A model generated the notes under the pieces. It was not told the DNA's origin, made no database searches, and saw only the letters and a list, made by a program, of their open reading frames with translations. This document shows, piece by piece, positions 50,683 to 64,000 of a stretch of DNA of 64,000 nucleotides. Source of the DNA: Octopus vulgaris (lineage: Eukaryota). Numbering within the stretch: position 1 is the first letter of the stretch; each line of letters begins with the position of its first letter. The translations under genes were made by a program, and so were the position numbers. Where the stretch lies: contig OX597815.1 in NCBI GenBank assembly GCA_951406725.2, forward strand, positions 138,260,001 to 138,324,000. The letters are read 5' to 3'.

Positions 50683-51841
50683 TTAAGAATATTGTTTAGC
50701 CATCAATTTGTATGATATCGAATCAACAACTGGAATATATTTAAAACAAACTGTTGAGACAAACCTGTAAATAAAACTTGTCAAATTCAAATGAAAATAA
50801 AAGGTTAATAATATTTTGACGTGAAAATTTTGTATGAATGTTCAAGAAGGAAATCGCAGCCAATCGATTAGAATTAATACTTTCCAGACTTCTTTGTAGT
50901 ACCACCAGTCAAATCATCTTTTGACTTGTTGATGATCTCTTGAATGGTGTAAACCAAATAGGAAAAAAATAGGAAAATATCTGATAGCAATAGTGAAAAC
51001 ATTAGAATTTAGTCAGTTTTACTTCAGACAAAGAATACAAATCATTAGATCCCCTAGAAACGTGACGCGACAGTATATAGTTCGCTAAGTGTGCTATCTA
51101 GTGATTGCATGTTGGCAAGAAGACCAATTAGTTGTGGTTGTCTGTAGTATCGACTTGATGTCGCTGTCTCGCTACATTACTGTATTTTTCATCAGGTTTT
51201 GTAATCTGAGATTTCATATGCTTTAGTAAACAAGTTAGTTGAATTTCACGCTGTATCATTGAAAAACGCCTGGTATGTATAACAGAGCCTATTGGTCATA
51301 AATAATATGAATGGAGACTTTCTGAAGAAAATATCCAGAAAGAAGAAAAAGAAAGAAATTTTGCATTTTGTTATCCTAGCATGGCGCCATCTTTTTCAAT
51401 GTATACAGATTTTGAAAAGAAATAGCTGCAACACATAACTTGAAGAAAGTAGCAGAAATGGTGATGAATCAGTAACTTTTTATATGTCTGTTATTGATTA
51501 TGACTAATTTGAGAAGTTAAATGAAAAATATAATCAGCAATTGGAGAAAGCGTAAGTTTTCGTGATACTGGTTCATGACTGTCGTAGAAAATTGACTTGC
51601 TTCTCTTCTCTTGGATATTACATCTGACAAACATAAAGCCAGCAAATTGATATATGTAATAAATGCATAGCATTACCTAATTATTAAGCTATGTATTAAT
51701 CTTATGTGATGATTCTTCATGATAGAATTTCTTTGATTTAACCATCAATGGCGGTGAATATGTAAGTATTTTGTCTGTTTGAAATAAATAAAAATAGGAA
51801 CTTATCTGTAGTAACAGATGTATACACAAGATGAAACACTC

Positions 51842-51845
<4 letters not shown>

Positions 51846-51934
<89 letters not shown>

Positions 51935-51948
51935 TATATATGTGTTTG

Positions 51949-52021
<73 letters not shown>
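51846..52021. repeat. (TA)n/(TG)n microsatellite
   Basis: Direct inspection. Confidence 0.97.
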
Positions 52022-52670
52022 AGGTAGACAAAAAGCTACTTTGAAAAGCAATAACATGTGAAAGCCTCAGACGTTATTTGTATATAACATAATTAATTTT
52101 TATAATAAAAGAACAAAAGAAAATGAATAGCTCACAAATAACTTTTTTAGAAACATTGAGCCAACAAGCAAACTTTAAGAAAAGATAATTTCTTTTCTTA
52201 GTTATTGAAGTAATACGATAAGAAAAATAATTCATCATCAAGAAGCGTCTGTATCATTAAATAATAGGCTATTGATCTATTGTTTATCGTCGCAGTCAAT
52301 AGTTATTTTTAGAGACAGCTTATATTGTCTCAAATGGCAGTGATGAAGTAGACTTTTAATACTTATAAGCTACTCAATTTCCAACTATTCATAAAAAAAA
52401 AAGCCGAAAAAAATAAATCGCAGTAATTATTTGGAGGAGAGTCCATTAGAAAAAATTATTAAAATATTTTTCCTTTTCTGATATCAATTTTATCTTGGGC
52501 ACTTTTATCTTTCGCTTCATTTCACACATATACACTTACAGAAAAAAACAGTAAGAAAAAAAAACATATTTCAAGCTAAGTCTTCTTGAATCCGTAGATG
52601 AAAAAAAATGTCACACAATACATACCAATTACATACCACAAACATACAATACACATACATGCGTGCGCGC

Positions 52671-52701
<31 letters not shown>

Positions 52702-52720
52702 ACACACACACATACACACA
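52671..52720. repeat. (CA)n microsatellite
   Basis: Direct inspection. Confidence 0.95.
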
Positions 52721-52987
52721 AGGCTCTAAACTTACATTTGGTTTTATCTGTACTATGTGTGTATAATTGTAGTGCCTTAACCGTAATGTTACCAGATCAT
52801 CTTTTCTTCACGCAAAAGTACAAATAATTCAATTTAATTGATTGTTATTGTATACAACTATAACTACCAGTATATTTAGCGCCAAGTTGTCGAATCAAAA
52901 TTTAAAAATTCAAAAGCAATAATTTCCGACAATGCAACACAATAAAAAAGAAATAACTAATTTAAAATAATTAACAATATTATTAAT

Positions 52988-53372
52988 AAGGCGGTGAGTT
53001 GGCAGAAACGTTAGCACGCCGGGCGAAATGCTTTGCGGTATTTCGTCTGCCGTTACGTTCTGAGTTCAAATTCCACCGAGGTCGACTTTGCCTTTCATCT
53101 TTTTGGGGTCGATTAAATAAGTACCAGTTACGCACTGGGGTCGATGTAATCGACTTAATCCGTTTGTCCTCGTTTGTCTTCCCTCTGTTTAGCCCCTTGT
53201 GGGTAGTAAAGAAATATGTATTTCGTATGTCTTTACGTTCTGAGTTCAAATTCCACCGAGGTCGACTTTACCTTTCGGGATCGATAAATTAAGTACCAAT
53301 TACCTAATGGGGTTGATCTAATCGACTGACTCTTCCCCCAAAATTTCGGACCTTGTGCCTAGAATAGAACAG
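52988..53372 (+). mobile_element. Composite (two-unit) Nin-type SINE with 9-bp TSD
   Basis: Same subfamily as 11925-12537; TSD ATTATTAAT at 52979-52987 and 53373-53381. Confidence 0.9.
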
Positions 53373-53389
53373 ATTATTAATGTTCCTAA

Positions 53390-53600
53390 AGGCTGTCAGC
53401 TGGCAGAATCATTAACATATCTGATAAAATGCTTAGCAGCATTTCTTCCAGCTTTACGTTCTGAGTTCGACTGTTGCTCAGGTCAACTTTGCCTTAGGCC
53501 AATATAATAATAATAATAAAAAAACACTTGAGCACTGGGATCGATGTAATCGACTTATACCGTCCCCTAACTCGCTGGCCTTGTACTAAAATTTGAAATC
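53390..53600 (+). mobile_element. Older Nin-type SINE with 17-bp TSD
   Basis: ATTATTAATGTTCCTAA (53373-53389) and ATTATTATTGTTCCTAA (53601-53617). Confidence 0.87.
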
Positions 53601-54549
53601 ATTATTATTGTTCCTAATTTTGTAACAGAAGGGCAGCTGGCACAAACATGGAAATTAGTACATCCTCGGGTGAAGCAAGGAACAGTTTGTATAGAGTTAT
53701 GAGCTATTCATTCTCAGCTGATGGTTACCACTACAATCACTTGTTCATATACGTGCTGTTTTTTCACTCTGAATATTCGATCGATACTACGTCAACTTCT
53801 GTTCTATTGAACAAGTTAGTTGTCTACCACTTCTATTCAAGTAGATTCGACACATTCCTGTCACCTTCTCTCGGTAACCATTTGATAGAATACTTCCTAT
53901 CAAAAATATCAAACTTGTTTATGTCGATGTTACCACCGCAGACTTATAAATGTTCAAACTGAGCATCATCGGTATTAGAGACTTGTGAAGGACACTGGAA
54001 CTTTCTCTATACTAAACCATTAAAAAGAAATGAACTTAGACAAGAACTTATGTTTCGAAAATGCAATAAAGTCAATAAATTGGGTGTATCCCTGAGTTTC
54101 ATTACACAATAGGACTATATATATTGAAATATACTTAGACACAAAGACGCATCGACGGTAAAAATCACTGTTCAGCATCTGAATGAAGCTCTGGCACACA
54201 ATTGTTCACGAACACAGTGCGTATAAAGCACACGAGACATCTGCCAGATATCTCTTGATGAGGCGACTGCTGAGGGGATGATGGTTTCACTTTAAGGACA
54301 ATTTTCTGTTTAGCCTCCCACAGATAACAACGGGAGAGAGAACATGAATGTATAGAAAGTATTCAAACTAAATACACGCACACACGCACACACAGACACA
54401 TACATATATACATACATACACACACGCACATATGTATCACATTTAAATGTGATAACCTGTTTTTATGAATACGGGTGCGTGTGTGTCTATTTTCACAGGG
54501 TTTGTGTGATCCATCTAGTGTCGTAGCACAGTAGTAACGCAATGCTTGT

Positions 54550-55480
54550 AGCTAGTAAGGCTGAATACTTTCTCCTTTTCTGCTTTTAGCTAATTTACTG
54601 GCTTACGTCCAGCATAAATGGTAAAAAGAGGAGTCGACTCCGTAAGCGTGTCTCATTATAGAATCTCCTCACCACTAAGATTTCTGCAATACCTCCATAG
54701 ACAGAAATTGGGTACTTCACGGCCCCAACTAAACCACAAGAGTTCTTAGAGTTATATTGCAACCCAGAAATGTGAAGTGTGTGTTTACAAGTATCTGGGC
54801 ACTTCTGGATACCTTCTGTCACATGTAAACCATTGTGTCAATTAAACAAATTGTCTCAGCTTTGTGATAAGTTACTTCAGACAACAGGTGTTACGAGACA
54901 CCCTTACAGGATACCCATGTATTCCTGCAGTATGCTATAGATGGCCAAACAAAGAATTCTGCAGTCAGAGGGTGACATTGGTCGTCCTAGGACATCCAGC
55001 CGCCAGGATTTCCCCACGAGAGGGAAGATATAGCTTTTGAGAATAGAACACATTTTATGGGACTTCAAAATCATCAGTTCTAGCGTATCCACCCCCAATC
55101 ATGATGAACCCGGTCTCACTGATTGTACGCCGAGCAACGAGAGCAGGTAAAATAGAGGGAGATCTGCTCAGAAATCTGCACAGCAATAACATAAGTATTT
55201 GCAATTTCATTAATGTGCTCGAACTATGAAGCAAAGACATTCTCATAGACCGTATAAGAAAAAGGACCTGATCTTGTTCGTGGATAATGTCTGTCGAACG
55301 GAGTGAAGATTTTTTTACCTGTACAATATCTCCACAGAGTAGGACTAGCGATGAAAAATATCCGCCTACAAAGTCCCTCTGCCACCAGTTAGCAGTGAAA
55401 ATTCGATGACTATCCTTATTCTCTGGCATAAGAACGCTATGTTCCTTGTCGTACCAATTTTGCCTATTCGGAATGAAACC
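54550..55480 (-). mobile_element. Probable L1/Tx1-type LINE remnant (post-RT region)
   Basis: EIANTYVIA followed downstream by PGGWMS resembles Tx1 GRAxVANTYI...GGLGMP; very degraded. Confidence 0.4.
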
Positions 55481-55847
55481 AAGGAATACTTTTATCGGAC
55501 ACTAGACGAAATTGTTTGCTAGATCCATAAATTACTTGTTATTGCTATTTCTACAGATATTTCATATAGATTGTAGCCAACTCTGATTTTTGCAAGGATG
55601 TTTCGTATACGAGACGTCAGATGTAAACAAACAATGAGGTAGAAGATGAGAAGAGGATAATGGGTGTATATATCATATTTCGTTGGGGGGTGGTGGTGAT
55701 TGTGCCTTCATCAGCATCCATCCAACCCTTTAATCATCCTCGAACACACTATTTAATTAGCCACTGTATACAGCAGTGTATTTGGTTATTGGATATACCA
55801 ATTTACATATTAAACACATTCCTGGAAGCTGGTACGTAAATGCCAAT

Positions 55848-56046
55848 ACTTGTAGGTACGAGGTATTTTGTTATGCAACCATAATATACTATATCATACT
55901 ATAAAATAAATCAAAACTCAGTGTAATGTAATGTAAAAGCGTATTCTTAACACAGTAGAACGTGGTATTGACTTTTATAAACGTTTAATATATAATACTT
56001 TATAGTATATTAAGGTTGCATTACGAAATATCACGTACCTACAAGT
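55848..56046. mobile_element. MITE-like element with ~46-bp terminal inverted repeats
   Basis: ACTTGTAGGTACGAGGTATTTTGTTATGCAACCATAATATACTATA versus the reverse complement of 56001-56046 (about 5 mismatches). Confidence 0.75.
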
Positions 56047-56265
56047 CGTAAAACCCCTAAAGTTTACAATATTCTCTTACTTGAAGCTCAAATACCTATG
56101 TGGGAAAGAACTGCAAAATATGGATTGACATGGACATGGTATTGACAAGGCGAATGTAATGGCGTGAGGCTGCTTTACTTTGAGTATAACCTTATGATAA
56201 GAAACGTCTCTCTGCAGGAAGCAAAATTTAAAATCTCTTTGATGCACCCTCATTCTAAACGTTGC

Positions 56266-56477
56266 TTTCAAACTTTGGCACAAAACCAGCAAGATCGGGG
56301 GAGTGGTTAAGTCGATTACATCAAACACAATGTTCAACTGGTACTTATTTTATCGATTCCAAAGGGATGAATAGCAAAGTCGACCTCGGCTGAATTTGCA
56401 CTCAGAAGATAAAGACGGATGAAATGCTGCTAAGCATTTCCCCCGGCATGCTATGGATTCTGCCAGCTCGCCGCCTT
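56266..56477 (-). mobile_element. Nin-type SINE
   Basis: Complete reverse-complement copy ending CTGCCAGCTCGCCGCCTT. Confidence 0.88.
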
Positions 56478-56649
56478 CTTCATCCAAAATATTTACACGA
56501 GATTGAGTTCATCCTTGTTAGGCGCAGGGCGTCAGAAATTTCTTATTACACGAGCCATTGGAGGTGCTAATTACTGAATGATCATCGAATGATTGTGGTG
56601 AAACTCCATATAAAAATACTTACACTCTTTCAACTGCAAATCCCTTAAA

Positions 56650-57230
56650 AGAGGCTAAATAACAATGCCACAGAAGACACAAAAGGAAGAGCTGGTTATC
56701 GATGTGTCTTAGTTGAGAAAGTAAAAATGCTGGAACTTTATCGGGGCTCAGAAAACACACTGTGTACAACATTGAACGTATATCAGCTCTACGTTCTATG
56801 AGGCTGCAGCATAATCCATAAGCAACCAAGGCTGATTTCATGACAATTCGTTAAAAACATGTACAAAACACTGTTGACGTGATTTTCACAGCTCGACAGC
56901 AGCTTTATGTGAAGCGTTTTATCATAGCCTGTTTATGGCATTTGTCGATTCCTCCTAAGCATTCGACAATGAGAAAAGATTAACTTTAGCAGCAAATTCG
57001 TTTCATCATTTAATATGAGATAGTTATAGTGAGCGAAACCTCCTCTCAGGAATATTTTTTCTTATCCAGCACACAACAAAGGCCCATACATCAAGAATGT
57101 TGAAGGCCATACCTGCAAGTATGTTGAAGCAGTACAGTCAACTAACACTGCGTACAGTTCCTTGAGAAAAATCATCGATTGAGGCCAACTGGGAGATTTT
57201 AATCCTTCATAACGACGAGAGCATGATTAT
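56650..57230 (+). mobile_element. RTE (BovB-like) RT remnant
   Basis: NTVDVIFTARQ and LFMAFVDSS*AFD. Confidence 0.7.
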
Positions 57231-60200
57231 CATTAAGAAAAGTAAAATATTTGTGCATATTTGCCTGAATATAAATTGCATAAATTGCAGCAGAATCTTT
57301 TGGTTCTAACAAAAAGCGCCTTTACAAACTTTGGGCAATCTACCTTCCCGACATACCTAAACCAGTTGCCTCTATTTACAGGTTTCATGCTGAAAAACAA
57401 CTCACACATTTTCTGCAAAATGTGTGTCAACTTACACAATGAGTTTACTCAAGAAAGATCAACTTAAGTTATCTTTCTACATTTCTCTAGTTTCACCACA
57501 TATATGCATAGCTGCTACGTTTAAATGCTTATAACATAATAAATGTATCAAATACATCCAAGGACCAAGCAGAATGTGAAACCAGACGGCATGGTACATA
57601 AATATTTCACACAAGTTTACGACCGAGAAAATATAATATAATTTGGATGATATTGCTTTGGTTAAGAAGAGCCACACCAAACTTTATTGAGGCACTCATA
57701 AACGAGATATAAATACAATCCAGTTAGATTTACGGGTCAGAAAATAATATGACATATAAATGTAGTTAGGGTGTTCTAGAAAGTAATATGAAAGAGACAT
57801 CACTATCAGACGAACGAGATAAAGTTGAAGAGAGAAGTAGAAATAAATCACATAGTTTTATTGAGACAGGGGTAGCATTAGCTTTCCCTAATAGATACTT
57901 CAGAAGTAGAAAAATAATCGCAATTATTACATATTTTTATAGCTTTTAAGGTGTTTATATATGAAAGTATCTAAAATACTAAGAATTATTTTAATGCAGT
58001 TACAAATAGTACTTAGCATATTGTTTTATCTTGGAAAAAATCATCATGTTAGTGACATTAAATAAAAATTGACAAACTTATAAGATTTAAACTCATTTTT
58101 ATTCCATACAATTGACAATGTATAGACTAAAACTGATTTTTTTCAGATGTTGTATTTCCATTTTAAACAATAATTATGTATATTTTCTTTAGGATAAAAA
58201 CACAATTGAGATAAATTATTGACAGCCTAAAGAGAAATCTTACTGAAATTCTGTATTGCTGAAGGTATGGTATTCCTCATTCTGAAAGTTAACGTATTTT
58301 AACTTGTTGTCTGCTGTCAAATTTACTTGGCAATTCTTCTTAACCATACAATTATTCACAGGTAAGGAAATAATGTAAATATTATAGGGGTCTGAGGCAA
58401 TGGTGTTCTTAACGCGAAAAACTATCAGAATTTGAATGTTAATAAAAGTGAAGCAGTTATGTCTAGTGAATCTCCATCAAAAATCGAAGGTTAATATATA
58501 TGATAGTTAATATTAATCTGTACAAATAGAAAGTGGATAAACAAAAGTTACTATAGAAGAAAATTAGATTGCAATGTAGACCTGGGAATATAAATATTTC
58601 GGCTTTGGATGGCGACTATGTATATTAAAGGAGGTCATATGTCATGACGAAATAGAACCCATTATCGCATGTTTATTAAAGGGCATGAAGACATGTAAAT
58701 ACATCCCTCATGCAGAGACGAATGCATGCATCAATGTTTGCTAAATCATTTTACCGATGAAATTTCGATCCCTTTGCATTTTTCTGAAATCACGCAGTAA
58801 TAGCTATGCAATATATAAATTATGTAATACTCATGCAATATATACATACAATACGAAGCAACTACCAGAGATGTGGCTTTCCTTAGAGCCTCTTTGCGAT
58901 TAAAAGACATGCATTAAAGCGTAAAGTTTATATATATATGAGGACGTATATCTTGAAGAATAGCAAAAGGTTGCTTTGAAAATATGGACATGGTTCAACT
59001 TTTGAGAACATGAAAAGAATTATTAAAATTTCATCAACAGATGTATTTCAAATATTACACCTACATTTTGTTGAATATTGACAACATTGTAGTCTCAGAA
59101 TTCATTATAATGTAAAATATTGAGGGGAAAGAGTCAATCTTCCGCATTTTATAAAGAAAAAAATGATTTGTGCAAATAGTATTTTTAACCAAGCCATATT
59201 TTTATATAGGGTAAATTGATGTTTTAATTATCTTATAAAATCGAGTAGATCTTATCAAATGTGTTCAGATATAGGTTGTTCTAAAATTCTGATTCTAAAT
59301 AAAGACCAGATCACCAAGACTTCATTTCTTCCAATTTCTACAGAAATTGTACATAAAAGGAAATGAGTTTCACAGAAAAACCTGTTTCTATTGAAAATTT
59401 TCATTTCTTATGAAATTGACTCACTAATGTTAGCATGAATCTATATTTCTATTTTATTTTTTTTATGCCTTTTGCACGAAAAAATTTCAAATGGATGCAT
59501 TAAATGCGATGCTGGTCTTCATACTGGAGTATGTTTCAATAAATGGCATTCATCTGGATTAGTGAATAAAAAGTTAGCTGTTGTTTTTTTTTGTTTCTTA
59601 AAATGATGTTTTTCTATTTTAAGAATTTTCGTTCTTGAACAAAGTGGCCTATGTACCCGTAGGTCAAACATTTATAAAAATAAAATAAAGAATTGTTCTT
59701 ATGATGATATGTTTAAGAATATATTTGGCATTAACAGATTAAAATGTATATATTATGTACTGTTACTGATGGATAAACGTAGTAATAGTATTAGTTGAAA
59801 GAAAATGTTCTCAACATTTTCTTCACAATATATTTATTCAATATATTTATTCATACATAAAATACGATATAAAACAAATGCGATTCATCAAAAGAGGTAC
59901 TTGGTATTTTCTACAAGATTTGCTGACTTAAGAAATTCCTATGACATCCAATTGTAAAATTTTGTTCTAAGCAAATTGATAATTGGTTAAATAAGTAGAA
60001 CGAACATATGCAGTAACATAGCATACAATGAAAGAAAACACGAAATACATGAAATATAGATCACGAAAGGCTAAGGTTTATGGATTAACTCCATGTAAAT
60101 AACAGTGGATTAAATCCGTAAGGATAAGTTACAATTTGTAACTACAGGTTCTAGTTATTTCTAAAATTGATGATATGTAAGCTTGTTGAAACCGAAGAAA

Positions 60201-60444
60201 TATACCATCATGGATCCCAGTGATAGCAGTAAGCATAGCCATCACAAATTTGGGGAAAATATAAAATATGAATGCATTAAAATAACATTTTAATGTATTT
60301 ATGGTTTATTATTATGGAAAGCTTCAGAAACATACTAGCAATACACATAAATTGGAGAAAACTCAACGCCTAGAAAGAATCTAGGTCTGAACAGTTGCTG
60401 TCTGGAGTGAACAAAACTATTGAGTCGACAGTTAATGTGAGTAC

Positions 60445-60592
60445 ATTAATAACATTGATATTTTGCAGCTCTAGGAAACAAAACAGAAATTGAATGTATC
60501 ATTGTAATCTATGCTGCAGCAAGCCGTTCACTTATTAATAACATTGATATTTTATAGCGCTAGGAAAGCAGAAATAGGATGTATAATTGTGA
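60445..60592 (+). repeat. Diverged tandem duplication, ~89-bp period
   Basis: ATTAATAACATTGATATTTT..CTAGGAAA..CAGAAAT..ATGTAT.ATTGT occurs twice. Confidence 0.8.
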
Positions 60593-61189
60593 TATAAACA
60601 TTACCAAAACCGTTTACTATCAACGTTACATAGTAGACGCACTCCAGTTTGATACAAGTTGACGCAGAAGAAATCCGCGTGCATGAAATAATAAAGCCGT
60701 TTTTTTTATTTATTTGAATTCACCGAAATCAAAGCCTACCGTCTACATCTAGGCACAAGGTTTGGGAATAGGAAAATGCTTCAGACTTTCTTTCTCATTG
60801 CACTCACACACACATATACATACATACGTGCATATATGCATACACACACACGCACGCACAGACACATATAGGTACATAAGTGTATGTATATTCACACACA
60901 TATAAGGTCACAAATGACGGACGGCAATAAAATAATCAATTTAAGGTTTAAATGGAATACAATAAGGTGGTAATAAAAGAACTGATGTTAATAAAGCATG
61001 GTAAGTGTGATGAGAACAAAGGAGCTAAGAAAATGAAAAAAACTGAAATGGTAAAAAAACCCGATGTAAAAAACATTTTGATAAAGGAAAAGAACCTTAC
61101 ACAAATAGATGAAATAGATTGAGGATATTTTAAAAGATAAAGCTAAATCACCTGCCTCTAATATGAATCTTAACCAGCATTTGACAGTG

Positions 61190-61920
61190 CTTGACCCGAA
61201 ATATCTCCTTGCTATGGATTCCATTCGGTTCTTGTATCTTCAGTCGAGTCCGTCTTTCAGATTTCATACTAACAGCGAACTCAAATGGAAAATTGTTTGA
61301 GCCACTTTCTATCAAATCTGCTACGCGCCAAGGTTTGGTTGATTTACCTACACTATTTTTCTTTTTATTAACAAGCAGCTTTTTGTTCTACCAATGCATT
61401 ATGAAGATGATGTCACTCTCTCTCTTCCATGAACTTCCGCACACTGGATTCATCTTCAAGCCACCGTAATATGTACGACATATCTACAATTTCTTTAAGA
61501 ACAGAACTATCGAATAGTTTTCCAGTAGTTATGACAATCCAATAGTTATGACAATCTTGTTTCTATGAACATCACCAATATACACTCGCTGCACATATTA
61601 ACCAAACGACCTTCTTGTGTCATCCTCTCTATTTTTGGACATTATACAATTCAAATCGATAATTTCGCTGCAGATGTTAGTTTGTACCATACCTGATGCA
61701 TTCTCTTTGCAATCACAAGTTAATAGCATGACAAAATCAGCGTCTCAAGACTAATGTTCTTCTCAGAGGCAGTAAATGTCTCATTCCCGAAAAACTGCTA
61801 GTACTTTAAAAAAACCAAGTGATATCCATAAAGCTCTCTGCTGTTATGCACACAAGCTGGACATCAGCTGAATCATTCTGACTAGTCTCAAAAAGAGAAC
61901 CAATGTCATGGATATATTTT
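61190..61920 (+). mobile_element. RTE (BovB-like) RT remnant
   Basis: NSNGKLFEPLSIKSATRQGLVDLPTLF (cf. NGxxSEPFxIxxGVRQGCVLAPTLF) and LTSLKKRTNVM. Confidence 0.72.
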
Positions 61921-63360
61921 CTTCTTCCTCATTAAAAATTATAACATGAAAGGAAATCACGATAAAACGATATAATCATCATCAGATTACAGTGAAGTGA
62001 ATCAGGTAAATTCCCGCGGCAATAATGACTGCGAAAATATTTCCAGCCAATGAAGGAAAAGTATAACATAATTCCTGCAAGATTTTCGTTAAAAATTTCA
62101 TAAATAGGTTTATTTGACGAGTTTCTATAGGAGAATCGGTGAGTTTGATAATCACGACTCTAATGAATTGTGATACAAGTTAAGTGTCAAAGAAATAGAC
62201 AAATTTTATTTCTATTTAAATTTAAGTTTGTTAATCGAGGAAAATAAAATATATATACAAATTATGCCCCTTATTTGATTTTGAAAGATATATATTTTTA
62301 ACGTAGCGTAAAAAGGAGTAAACCAACACAGGCATCCATACATTATACTAGAAATAGTTTGCTCACAAAATATACAAGATAACTGAACAATTAGCTACAT
62401 ATTTGTTTTTAAAAGTTAATAAACTTTCATGTCTCTCAGCCATCTGCAAAAAGTAAAAAAAAACAAAAAAATAACAACAAATCATTCATAGACAGCATTA
62501 ATCAAATGTCAAAGGCAGATTTTGGAAATGGTGTGTAAATAAAAGATGAAAAAACATGTAATACCGATTAACATTTCCATGTAAACAATTTCAAAATTGT
62601 TTTTTTTTACTAAAAGACAGTAGCGTATAACTTTCTATTCATAAACTTCTTCGACTGAATTCAGAAATTTAAAATTCAATCAATATTTTATTTATTCCGC
62701 ATTGATTTTCATTAAAAGCACAGCATTTCCAAATCAGTTGACATTAGTGTTCAATAAAAGCCACATCAATGTGCTTTTGAAATCACTTCACCGGAGTGTT
62801 ACAGCAGATATTAATCCAAAATGAAATACACTCTTGTTTAATTTTTCAATAGGAAAGCGCTCACTATAAAATCTCCCTCATTCTCTGTCTCCTACCATCG
62901 CTTTCTCATAACAATGTCGTTTTGTTTTTAACGCTTTTATATTTTTTCCAAAATGTGTGAATACATACAATGTTACAATTTTTCTCTCCCCCGAAAGACT
63001 TATTCACACCGCAAGCAATAATCATTATTAGTATTTAGTTTTGTTCCTGCTATTTTTATACCAAAGTTTTGTCACTGAAATACGTGAGAATAATATAAAT
63101 ATGAAATGGACTATTGATTAACAGCTCCCAAAAATATTGGAAAAGAAATAAGATGTAGAATTATTTTGCTAAAGATTATTTGTGCATTTTACTTCGCTTG
63201 ATAGAATAATGGAAACAAAAAATGAATAGAATTGTAAAGCCATAAAAATGTTTTAGTATTATTGTTTCCGAGAAGTATTTTGGCTTTCAAATACAAAACA
63301 GGCAGAAAAAGAATTGATGAAAGAAAAAAATCATTAAAATCTTCATCCAGCTTCTTACAC

Positions 63361-63506
63361 CTGCTGTACGATACTGACGTAGTTGCTATTCTCCTGAAGG
63401 CTCTTCTTGGTTTTCATATTAAAATAATAACGTTAGTCGATAATGAAACTGAAATAATTGTTCAAGTTGAAGATTACTTCAGTTATTTCTGTATCTTGAA
63501 TGGAAT
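63361..63506 (-). other. Possible exon containing a start codon (MKTKKSLQENSNYVSIVQQ, 63417-63361)
   Basis: Strong acceptor TTCTTTTTCAG| at 63507 and weak donor CAG|GTGTAA; no partner exon identified. Confidence 0.2.
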
Positions 63507-64000
63507 CTGAAAAAGAAACAATTTATTCAATTTGACGTCAATCCCACGTTTATCAGGTTTGTTTCTGAGATGAACAAATATCAATATTACTGCTGGCATG
63601 TAAAACAATCGAACATCGTTATGAAGCAAAATGTCTGCCGAGAGGAAGTGGGAAGAGCAAAGATCAAACTGTGTGATTGATAGATCTTAGTTTAAAATGC
63701 TGTAGCTTCTGTTATGCTAATTATTTGGACTACATTCTAATAACAGATATATTACAAGAGTTAGTTGAAATATAAATAACCTGAATAAAATCTGACGTCA
63801 ATTTTGCAAACCTAACTCTAATGAATCCTGGATTGCTCATGATGTAATGGACTATCATTTCGTACATTTAATGTAGTTTTTCCACCTCGCTATATATGAT
63901 TTCATCTCGAATGTTTGGTAAATATTTATCATTTAGTATTTATTAAAAACAACAGAATTCACAGAGACTGGAGGTGGTCAGCGTCACCAAGACTTGTATC

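Noticed and set aside
57240-57480. VCKGAFC, a possible Sola-type transposase trace
   Set aside because: Single short motif in stop-riddled frames

Overview
AT-rich, microsatellite-laden eukaryotic DNA. The tRNA-derived SINE families (Nin/Deu-domain type and CORE/OR type) point to an octopus (coleoid cephalopod) genome; this is inferred by recognition, not by search. Most of the window is intergenic or intronic and filled with decayed mobile elements: CR1/L2-group LINEs (one near-complete, 33.1-36.8 kb), RTE and Tx1-like LINE fragments, two Penelope fragments, mariner, pogo and maT DNA transposon remnants, MITE-like inverted repeats, a Helitron 3' end and many SINEs. The only plausible host gene is two phase-compatible minus-strand exons (8071-7983 and 656-500) encoding an unidentified Cys-rich N-terminus. 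The most notable non-coding signal is a 45.5-48.3 kb cluster of type I hammerhead ribozyme motifs, two with intact cores and unusually long stem II and two degenerate, each in a separate block between (TA)n/(CA)n tracts; one is enclosed by a perfect 38-bp inverted repeat. Other observations are a pre-miRNA-like hairpin, repeated SINE insertion at near-identical target sites, a young GC-rich RTE insert and a ~370-bp local duplication. Most ORF-track entries are microsatellite or antisense-TE artefacts. Element boundaries were read by eye and are approximate unless TSDs or TIRs are given.
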